From IMG/VR virus record IMGVR_UViG_3300021963_004241, positions 1-64,000 of that record: DNA of 64,000 bases; one strand, written 5' to 3'. The translations under genes and the position numbers were made by a program. Of this stretch, positions 56,889-64,000 are shown piece by piece (position 1 is the stretch's first letter; every line of letters starts with the position of its first letter). Origin of the DNA: a virus. The notes beneath the pieces were generated by a model, which saw nothing but the letters and a program-made list of their open reading frames with translations, did no database searches and was not told the DNA's origin.

Positions 56889-57494
56889 TTACAGAGTTGC
56901 ATTGAAAATGTCAATGTCTTTAACAACAACATTCTCCAAATCCCATTGCCTTGGTAACTGCCAATTGGACTTGTTGTAAACTACGAAGTATTTATCAGGA
57001 AAACTTTCGAAGACCTTTGAGATCTGATAGACCCAATAGCTGTGGTCAATAGCGTGACTATCTGATTTAGAATAGTTTTGAGTTCCTTTATATACGTTAT
57101 TGACTTTGCCGTCGATGCCGTATAAATCAAATCCGATCATTTCAACAGTACTGGGATAATCCAATGCTGCCAACAGTGCAGCATATGGTCCACTACCCCA
57201 GTGCCAGGGGTCGTCTTCTCTGTTTGTTCCAGCATACGGCAAGTTGGGAACTACTCTAACCTGTGGGAATTGTTTGTAGTTGTTTATCCAATCTGTCCTG
57301 GTATAAATTTTAGATATTTTTTTAAGACTGACTAGTGCTTCGTCAACCATTCGAGAGTCAACACAGATCAAATGATCTACATAATGATCTCTAAAAATAG
57401 CATTGCACCCGTATTTGGTACAATGTATTAAATCTAGATTTATATTTTTTCTGCTTTCACCGTTACCAATGACGAGAGTTTTGTCTGATAGCAT
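56889..57494 (-). CDS. DUF115/MptE-like or GT29/GT42-like Rossmann protein
   Basis: LVIGNGESR, GCN, GSGPYAALLA, MIGFDLY. Confidence 0.55.
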   Translation of the reverse strand: MLSDKTLVIGNGESRKNINLDLIHCTKYGCNAIFRDHYVDHLICVDSRMVDEALVSLKKISKIYTRTDWINNYKQFPQVRVVPNLPYAGTNREDDPWHWGSGPYAALLAALDYPSTVEMIGFDLYGIDGKVNNVYKGTQNYSKSDSHAIDHSYWVYQISKVFESFPDKYFVVYNKSNWQLPRQWDLENVVVKDIDIFNATL

Positions 57495-57514
57495 TACGCT
57501 ATTTAAAAAGATTT

Positions 57515-58384
57515 TTAATTGTGATTAAAAATTTGACCGAAAGGTAACCATTGTCCTGGGCGACCTGCTTGCACACAAACCCATCCAACACATTTACCTA
57601 GATTAGGTTCAGTGTTCCACAATATATCACCTTGTGTAAAGCTGCCGTCGCTTGGAGGTTCAGTTCCGCTTAGGTGTAGGTTATTATTAAATTTAATAGA
57701 ACCACCTACATGCAATTGGACTCTAGGATCTACAGAATTGACATTTACACCCAATGTACCATTTATAGACACTTTAGTTGGACCGAAGTTTTTATTTCCA
57801 AGGTCAATGTCTCCGTTAGCCTTAACGGTAATTCTGGATGTACTGTCCGTAACGATATCGAAATCATCAGAAGCAAAGGTTCCTATTTGTGCCCTAAACT
57901 CTTCAGAAGTACCAATAATAATCTCAACACCGTGTTCAGCTACGCTAATGGCAGCATTTGGACTATCTGTTCCGATGCCCAATCTATCCGAAGCAGCATC
58001 ATAATATAAGTACTCGTTTATGATTAGATTGCCATCTACTATTAAACTTTTTAATCTTCCTACTTCTCTTAGGCTGCTAGAGCTAACACTAGGACCTAGA
58101 GAAGATTCTGACAATACAGGAACACCACCTACGCTGTAGATTTTATCTTTGGCGATATCGATGTTTTCTGTAGTAAACAACTTATCAGAATTACCAGATA
58201 GGATCAGCTGTTTAGTGATTCCTTTACCAGACCAAATCAATCCTTTGCCAACAAGATTTCCGTCTTTGCCTGCTTTAAATTCTACAAATGGCACATTCAC
58301 AAGACTTACATCTTGTGTTCTTTCTTCTAATAATTCTTTCAGTGCAGAAGTTATTGTTTCTAAATTTTTATCTAACGAGCTCAT
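57515..58384 (-). CDS. Putative virion protein, paralogue 1
   Basis: Extensive similarity to the next gene; RLGIGTDSP. Confidence 0.65.
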   Translation of the reverse strand: MSSLDKNLETITSALKELLEERTQDVSLVNVPFVEFKAGKDGNLVGKGLIWSGKGITKQLILSGNSDKLFTTENIDIAKDKIYSVGGVPVLSESSLGPSVSSSSLREVGRLKSLIVDGNLIINEYLYYDAASDRLGIGTDSPNAAISVAEHGVEIIIGTSEEFRAQIGTFASDDFDIVTDSTSRITVKANGDIDLGNKNFGPTKVSINGTLGVNVNSVDPRVQLHVGGSIKFNNNLHLSGTEPPSDGSFTQGDILWNTEPNLGKCVGWVCVQAGRPGQWLPFGQIFNHN

Positions 58385-59511
58385 AAATTAACTATTGCTC
58401 CAAATGGTGACCAGGTTCCTGGACTACCTGATTGTGTGCATACCCAACCAACATAACCTCCTACGTGAGGATAGTTGTTCCAAACAATATCTCCTTGATC
58501 GTAGTCACCGGATGTTGGAGAATTGTTTCCGTATTCGTGTCTATGACCGTGGAACTTGATAGGACCGGCAACATGAAGATCTACGTCCGGATCTGGGACA
58601 TTCACCCTAACAGCTAGTTTGCCGTGTATTCCTACTTGTATAGGAGGCATTTTGTTATTGCCTAGAGTGATGTTGCCGTTTGCGGCTATAGAAATTCTAG
58701 TAGTGTTATCAGTAACAATATCAAATGCTTGCCCGGCAAAGGTACCGACCATTCCTTTAGTATTGTTGATAGTGCCTAGCATCACTTCGATACCATCTTC
58801 GGCTACACTGATTGCTGCGTTAGGAGCATCAACACCTAATCCTAGTCTGTTGGTAATAGAATCAAAAAATAGATATTCTGCTATTTCAACGTCGCCATCT
58901 ACTTTTAATTCTCTCAGTCTGCCTAATTCTTTTAGATTACTTTTAGTTACAGAAGGTCCAAGTGTGTTTGAAGAAAGCACACCAATACCGCCAATGGAAA
59001 ATGATTTTTCTGCTGCTAGATCAAAATGTTCTGTACTAAACAGCCTATCAGGATTTCCTGACATTACCAATTGCTTAGTAATTCCCCAACCAGTCCAAAG
59101 CAACCCTTTTCCGTATGGGCTGTCACCTTTGATCGCTTTAAATTCTAATGGAGATGTCTTTTCTAATTTGAGATCAGCTTTGATTTCTCCAACCTCCAAT
59201 ACTGCTGCTTTTATCGTTCCCGTTACAGTGAGATCGCCTTCTGTAGTCACGGGACCTTGCAGTACTGAAGTGGTTATTTTGTTTGTTACTATGCCGTCGT
59301 CGTTAACTTGTAAAACTAGATCTTTAGCACTATCTTTGATTCCTGTGCTGGCAAAATTTACGATTTTCCCGCCAGAGATATGATCACCGGTAAGCCCTCT
59401 TTTCGGCATAGCTAATACCAGTTGTGTTGGATCTAGAGCGGCTTTATCTGCTATGTTATTGAGATGTTTTCCGAGATCTTGAAGGATAGAATCAATAGTT
59501 TGTTTGGTCAT
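58381..59511 (-). CDS. Putative virion protein, paralogue 2
   Basis: Start MTKQTI 7 nt after TAAATA. Confidence 0.65.
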   Translation of the reverse strand: MTKQTIDSILQDLGKHLNNIADKAALDPTQLVLAMPKRGLTGDHISGGKIVNFASTGIKDSAKDLVLQVNDDGIVTNKITTSVLQGPVTTEGDLTVTGTIKAAVLEVGEIKADLKLEKTSPLEFKAIKGDSPYGKGLLWTGWGITKQLVMSGNPDRLFSTEHFDLAAEKSFSIGGIGVLSSNTLGPSVTKSNLKELGRLRELKVDGDVEIAEYLFFDSITNRLGLGVDAPNAAISVAEDGIEVMLGTINNTKGMVGTFAGQAFDIVTDNTTRISIAANGNITLGNNKMPPIQVGIHGKLAVRVNVPDPDVDLHVAGPIKFHGHRHEYGNNSPTSGDYDQGDIVWNNYPHVGGYVGWVCTQSGSPGTWSPFGAIVNL

Positions 59512-59533
59512 AGTACTGTATTTATCAGCCAAT

Positions 59534-59556
59534 AAAAAAGCGGGCCGGAGCCCGCT
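59534..59556 (-). terminator. Intrinsic terminator
   Basis: AGCGGGC-TCCG-GCCCGCT-TTTTT. Confidence 0.9.
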
Positions 59557-59577
59557 GGTTACTGAGTAATTACTTTG

Positions 59578-60747
59578 TTATTGTATTTTTAACAGCACAG
59601 TTTCTTCGTTAATACGACCATTCATTTTAGTATCAACAGCATTGATATCTTCAAGGAATTTTCGTAGTGCTACTTTACCAGCAGATTTAAACTCTTTGAG
59701 TTTCTCTTCAGGCTTACGCAGGGTCTTTTGAACGCTGAGATTTTCGCTAAATCCTGTGATGCTGGTTCCTTTAATACCCAATTCCATGTATTCATTGGCA
59801 ACATATTTGCCTAATTTGCGTGTTTTAGTATTGTAAACCCACAGCTCTTTAGAACCAATAATGTCAGCAGGATTAATCGATACTAGTTTCAGCGGCTCAA
59901 AAGTTTTAGCATATTTCACTTTAGCTACAAGTTTATCTTTGCTCACGGTCTTTTTGGCACGTGGCTTGCGATTAACTTTAGCTTCCTGCATCAGCATATT
60001 GCAGGCACTAAGAATTTCGTTATAGAAAGAGACGATCTTCTTAACATCTGCTTTGCTAAGGTGTCTATAAGCTTCTTTAAGCTGCTCGCACTTGCCTTCT
60101 TGTAGTTCGACATACTCGTCGTGTTGACGTTGATAAAAGTCACGAATAATTCGAGCGTGTGCAGCCTTGGCGTCTTTGCCTTTAAGGAGATTAAGAACTT
60201 TAAATGCTTTTGGATCGAAGGTTGCAGGATCTTCAGCAAACAGCTCTAGGGCATCTTCAATTTCTTCTGCCATTTTATAGCTGGCTTCTCTTACACGTTC
60301 CTGGATACTGATCTGCGGAACAGCTGATACTGGTTCTGCAGTTTCTTCATCTTCAGCATCATCGCGACCTTCATTAATGACATTCTGGATAGCATTACGT
60401 AACCAGGTATCAGTATTACGACCCTCATTGAAATCAGGACGAAGGTCGGGCATTCCTTTAAGAAGATTGGCTGCTACGGCACCCATTGTAAGTCCACAAC
60501 GATTATCTTTAGTTTTCTTAAAAGCAGAAATCTGATCTTTAGTATAACCGTTACGACCCATCCAATCAATAACTTTTGGTTTTAATTCTTTACCGCTTTT
60601 TTCAAGACGATACCATTCCATTGATCGGCGGAAGTGTTTAGAGAATTCGTCAGCTGACCAGGTTTCGTGACCATCCCACTTTGGGCTGAGATCACGTCCT
60701 TTGTTTTCACGAACAGCGATAGACAACTTCTTTGTTTTGGTTACCAA
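59578..60747 (-). CDS. Hypothetical basic phage protein
   Basis: 389 aa with its own sigma70 promoter. Confidence 0.75.
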   Translation of the reverse strand: MVTKTKKLSIAVRENKGRDLSPKWDGHETWSADEFSKHFRRSMEWYRLEKSGKELKPKVIDWMGRNGYTKDQISAFKKTKDNRCGLTMGAVAANLLKGMPDLRPDFNEGRNTDTWLRNAIQNVINEGRDDAEDEETAEPVSAVPQISIQERVREASYKMAEEIEDALELFAEDPATFDPKAFKVLNLLKGKDAKAAHARIIRDFYQRQHDEYVELQEGKCEQLKEAYRHLSKADVKKIVSFYNEILSACNMLMQEAKVNRKPRAKKTVSKDKLVAKVKYAKTFEPLKLVSINPADIIGSKELWVYNTKTRKLGKYVANEYMELGIKGTSITGFSENLSVQKTLRKPEEKLKEFKSAGKVALRKFLEDINAVDTKMNGRINEETVLLKIQ

Positions 60748-60785
60748 TTTAGGCTCCTGTTGTTAAGTTAAACAAAATAATACTT

Positions 60786-60814
60786 AGTGTAACTTCGAAA
60801 AAACATTCTGTCAA
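60786..60814 (-). promoter_or_regulatory. Sigma70 promoter
   Basis: TTGACA-17nt-TACACT. Confidence 0.7.
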
Positions 60815-61005
60815 TCAAGTACGAATCTCTGGAATTCTTCCAAATCACCATCTTCGGTTTCGCGATAGATCACTGTTTCTGTAAAGCCTTCGTCTAATGT
60901 TCTTTCGGCTAGTTCCATCGCTTCTTTTTGACTTTTAGTTGTTTCGATTAACTGTTCGTGTCCTGCCTCGTCAACGGCCCAGACCTCATAGAGTTCCCAG
61001 GTCAT
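60811..61005 (-). CDS. Hypothetical acidic protein
   Basis: ORF track. Confidence 0.6.
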   Translation of the reverse strand: MTWELYEVWAVDEAGHEQLIETTKSQKEAMELAERTLDEGFTETVIYRETEDGDLEEFQRFVLD

Positions 61006-61028
61006 TTTATCTCACTTATCTCCTTGAA

Positions 61029-61625
61029 TTAAACAAATTTTTTCCAATCTCCATCGGGCGCCACTGCCCAACCAAGACGTTGGAGATCATTCCGGATCTC
61101 GTCGGTTATACAGCCTTCCGGCACGTATCTGTCAACAACAGCCTTTCTGGCTAATTGTTCTTCGGTAAATTCTTCGTTTTCTTTAGCAGGTGAATAGATT
61201 CCGATATCCCTTATACCTGAACAGTACCAATCTATGTAATCACCTTTTTGTTGCATGTCGGCAACGATGCCTCCGGCATAACGCCAAGAGGCGCTCCAAA
61301 AATCTTTCTCTGGATCTTGCCTAAGAATCGGAACGACTTCCATTTTGATAAAGTCATTATTGCACATTGCCGCATATAAGTTTTGGGCATAGGCATCATC
61401 AGCACGAGCTTTTTCCAGGATCCAATCGGTGGTTAGGAGATCGTATTCCATGTTGTCGATTCTGCTTTGGGGATCTTCAAATTTACGATCGTGATCGTCG
61501 AGGACCTTTTCAAAATAATCTAGGTATGCTTCGCTGGGAGGTTCACCTTTTTCCTCCATTCTTTTAACATACCCTTCTTTTTGAAAGGAGTGCCGCTGTG
61601 GGCTCTTAGACACAGTCTTGTTCAT
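61029..61625 (-). CDS. Hypothetical protein
   Basis: YAQNLYAAMCNN...SWRYAGG...DWYCSG. Confidence 0.7.
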   Translation of the reverse strand: MNKTVSKSPQRHSFQKEGYVKRMEEKGEPPSEAYLDYFEKVLDDHDRKFEDPQSRIDNMEYDLLTTDWILEKARADDAYAQNLYAAMCNNDFIKMEVVPILRQDPEKDFWSASWRYAGGIVADMQQKGDYIDWYCSGIRDIGIYSPAKENEEFTEEQLARKAVVDRYVPEGCITDEIRNDLQRLGWAVAPDGDWKKFV

Positions 61626-61995
61626 TTGCTTCTTTTACAGCTTGTATATTTTCTTTTTTAGAAAGTCTTTTATTACGGAATTCTTTAACATCTTTAATAG
61701 ATGATTTTAAAGTTTCTGCATAGTTCAATGCAGTCTGTTCGGACATAGTAAGAACTGTTTCCTGTTGTAGATAACCTTTAGTAAGTAAAGTCCAAATCTG
61801 TTTAAATCGATTCATTGACCACCAAGGACTTTTTACAGTTGAATAGATCGTTACAGTAACACCTACATCTTCAGCCTCTATCCAAAGATCGTGAGTATGC
61901 CAATCTGCACCACAGTCACAGACTACGTGATACATTTTTGAATCACCCCATTCGTTCTTTTTAAGAATACCTTCCGCAGGTGTTTGTAATTTCAT
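61606..61995 (-). CDS. Hypothetical protein
   Basis: ORF track. Confidence 0.6.
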   Translation of the reverse strand: MKLQTPAEGILKKNEWGDSKMYHVVCDCGADWHTHDLWIEAEDVGVTVTIYSTVKSPWWSMNRFKQIWTLLTKGYLQQETVLTMSEQTALNYAETLKSSIKDVKEFRNKRLSKKENIQAVKEANEQDCV

Positions 61996-62267
61996 TGCAG
62001 TTTCCTATTCCGTGGCATACCCATGGATTCTAATTCGTTTAATTCTTCTTCGTCAAAAAAATGTTCAGCTAACTGTGCAAGAATTTCAGGGGGGAGATCA
62101 TCCGGATCAACCATCCTACCAGAAGATTTAATTTCTTCGTGTGTTTTTCCTTCGAACATTTTTTGAATATCTTTAACAAGCTCGTTGAGTTCTTCTTGGG
62201 TTCCCTCGAAGTGATCGAAGCAACCGGGTGCAAATACAACCTTGGTTTCTTTCTTTTCATCAGTCAT
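61992..62267 (-). CDS. Hypothetical protein
   Basis: FAPGCFDHFEGTQEEL. Confidence 0.6.
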   Translation of the reverse strand: MTDEKKETKVVFAPGCFDHFEGTQEELNELVKDIQKMFEGKTHEEIKSSGRMVDPDDLPPEILAQLAEHFFDEEELNELESMGMPRNRKLQ

Positions 62268-62434
62268 TGTAATGCTTTCTTAAATTGGTGTTTAAGCCAA
62301 TACTTGTGTTTGGCCCAATACTCTTTTATTTTATATGGGGATTCGCCATATGTCAAATGTTCTTCGGAGTTTTCTATCCAAAGTTGATAAACCCACGCCC
62401 GGAATCTACTAGGAGTTTTTGGAGTTAAGTCCAT
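62264..62434 (-). CDS. 56-aa hypothetical protein
   Basis: Manual translation MDLTPKTPSRFRAWVYQLW...; overlaps both neighbours. Confidence 0.6.
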   Translation of the reverse strand: MDLTPKTPSRFRAWVYQLWIENSEEHLTYGESPYKIKEYWAKHKYWLKHQFKKALQ

Positions 62435-63234
62435 AACGATTCGCGAATTTTAATAAGACGGATCATCATTTCTTCATCTTCTTTATTGTATGCTTCTTCA
62501 AGCTCTCTGGTTTTATTAAGGGCAGTATTACACATTTCTGCCATTTCGGGAGTTTTATCTTCCATATCTAAAAGATGATAACCTTTTTCGCGGCGAAGAT
62601 TACAGTAAGCAGTCCAACCGCTAGCGTCGTGAACATCTGGACGATTTGGATAAATTTCTTTCCACCAGGTATAGAGCTCTAAGATTTCTTTAGCAGCTTT
62701 GGCTTGATATGTAGGTTCTTCCTGTTCGCCTTCTTGGATGAACTCTTTGTTAGTTAGAGTCTTTGCCCAATTTAGATAAGCAATGCCAGCTTCTGGACAC
62801 CGCCAGTTTCGATACCAACGACGCCACCAGGGATAGCTGTGCTTTTTACGGGCTTCTTCGTCCCATACACAGTGATGCCACGCCTGTTCTATCTCGACGA
62901 AATCCACAAGCTCGTTAAAAAGACAGGGAAGAAAACGATTTCCCACATCACGCCATTCGCCAGGCTTAATGTCCCTAGGATGGGCAGTAAGAGCATGAGT
63001 ACGGGTAATCCAACGATTGTTAATATAGTAGCGAACATCATTAATCCTATCAGGAATGAACATCCAAACGTCTTGGATGTAGTCGAGACCTTCTTCAGCT
63101 AACCACCAACGGAAAGGATATCTGGCTTTGGCAGCTTTCTCCCACTCAGCCCATTCTTTTCCGGTGCCACACTTTAGTTTTGTGGTCCCGCGGATCCAGT
63201 CTGCAAATTTTGAACAAGTCCAGTAATTTCTCAT
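62425..63234 (-). CDS. Trp-rich hypothetical protein
   Basis: 269 aa after a perfect promoter. Confidence 0.7.
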   Translation of the reverse strand: MRNYWTCSKFADWIRGTTKLKCGTGKEWAEWEKAAKARYPFRWWLAEEGLDYIQDVWMFIPDRINDVRYYINNRWITRTHALTAHPRDIKPGEWRDVGNRFLPCLFNELVDFVEIEQAWHHCVWDEEARKKHSYPWWRRWYRNWRCPEAGIAYLNWAKTLTNKEFIQEGEQEEPTYQAKAAKEILELYTWWKEIYPNRPDVHDASGWTAYCNLRREKGYHLLDMEDKTPEMAEMCNTALNKTRELEEAYNKEDEEMMIRLIKIRESLWT

Positions 63235-63243
63235 AGTAAAGTA

Positions 63244-63272
63244 ATTATAAGATATTTTTTAAAACCTGTCAA
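63244..63272 (-). promoter_or_regulatory. Perfect sigma70 promoter
   Basis: TTGACA-17nt-TATAAT, 9 nt before the ATG. Confidence 0.85.
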
Positions 63273-63289
63273 TACTTATGAATTTTGAT

Positions 63290-63673
63290 TCAAAATTTTC
63301 TTTGATATCCGGCTAGATTAAGCATTACAGAATATTGTTCGTAGGCTTTTTGTACAGCAGGATTGGTATTACGATAGTGTGCTTCTTCTCTTTCTTTGTC
63401 CATTAAAGTTTGGAACATATCGACCTCACCCTGACTGTGCCGTTGCCATCTAAAGAATCTGCGCTCCATTTCTATAAGAGTGCGTAGTCTACCTTCTGGT
63501 ATTTCTAAAGTAATGACTTTTTCAGTTTCGTATTCTACAATGTCATTTCGGATGATGTCAGCACGTTCTGGTTCTGTAAAGAATCTGGGAGGGTGATATC
63601 GTGCCCTGCGTTTTTGGTCGTTCAGGACACGAACCTCGTAATTTTGACAGAAATCTTTTAATTCTTCAGTCAT
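63290..63673 (-). CDS. Hypothetical protein
   Basis: ORF track. Confidence 0.65.
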   Translation of the reverse strand: MTEELKDFCQNYEVRVLNDQKRRARYHPPRFFTEPERADIIRNDIVEYETEKVITLEIPEGRLRTLIEMERRFFRWQRHSQGEVDMFQTLMDKEREEAHYRNTNPAVQKAYEQYSVMLNLAGYQRKF

Positions 63674-64000
63674 TGCTGATTAAACTCTCGCTCATAGGAA
63701 ATATAGCAGCGATAGCTTTGGCGCAGGCAAGAGCAACTAATTGATGCTCTTTTTGTGTACCGTTTCCAGAACGCAGTTCAATAAAATGAACCCAACTACG
63801 TAAGGTACCATTCATGTATAGACGACTCACAGTTAATCCCTCTGGCAGCACCGCACGGGCTTGTTCTTTAGCTATGCCCTTAGATATAGCCCATTCGTAT
63901 GTTTCCTTGGCGACTCTGATGAGTTCGAGTTGTCTATCTCTCCATTCATCTTGTATGATTGCATGGCCAAGTGTGCCGTCCAGAGGGACACTGTTCTGTC
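63666..64000 (-). CDS. thyX: Flavin-dependent thymidylate synthase, 3' part
   Basis: RQNS...IAKEQARAVLPEG...MNGTLRSWVHFIELR. Confidence 0.9.
   Translation of the reverse strand, partial: QNSVPLDGTLGHAIIQDEWRDRQLELIRVAKETYEWAISKGIAKEQARAVLPEGLTVSRLYMNGTLRSWVHFIELRSGNGTQKEHQLVALACAKAIAAIFPMSESLISND

Noticed and set aside
58619-59383. 254-aa plus-strand ORF and many other plus-strand ORFs
   Set aside because: Antisense shadows of well-supported minus-strand genes, with no motifs or translation signals.
1-64000. Stop-codon reassignment, tRNAs, CRISPR arrays, introns/inteins
   Set aside because: Conserved genes (PolB, ClpA, FolE) are intact in the standard code with normal lengths, and the intergenic gaps are short with no cloverleaf or repeat-spacer pattern recognisable by eye.

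Overview
A 64-kb, AT-rich, densely packed segment of a large T4-like (jumbo-type) tailed phage genome. Nearly all genes are on the minus strand and the standard genetic code applies. From left to right it holds seven regions. (1) 1-9.5 kb: a 7-deazaguanine/pterin operon (queE, folE, queD-like, TGT/DpdA-like) interleaved with a GT-B glycosyltransferase, an MBD4-like glycosylase, a PRTase, a HIT hydrolase, a cupin and an unannotated CDGSH Fe-S protein. A 2OG-Fe(II) oxygenase cassette sits in the 5' end of queE between perfect 47-bp direct repeats. (2) 9.8-14 kb: putative sliding clamp, family B DNA polymerase and a DsbA-like protein. (3) 14-22.3 kb: a cluster of proteins sharing an N-terminal MRxxEF(I)xE tag that resembles the T4 capsid-targeting sequence. 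They are built from modules separated by Glu-ending motifs, and one hides an internal Tat signal peptide. (4) 23-30 kb: ClpA, peptide deformylase, DnaJ and a full Gram-negative lysis cassette. (5) 31-37 kb: PhoH, dCMP deaminase, clamp loader, sugar-nucleotide enzymes, a MazG-like enzyme, GroES and a DnaE fragment. (6) 37-52.6 kb: baseplate/tail genes, including a 2969-aa protein. (7) 52.6-64 kb: IscA, IscU, SOD, UvsE, a second QueD with a preQ1-I-riboswitch-like leader, glycosyltransferase-like genes, tandem paralogous virion proteins and thyX (partial). Consensus sigma70 promoters and TAAATA late-promoter motifs often lie only 4-9 nt before start codons. No tRNA, rRNA, CRISPR array, integrase or transposase was recognised. 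All assignments come from motif recognition by eye; no database searches were run.
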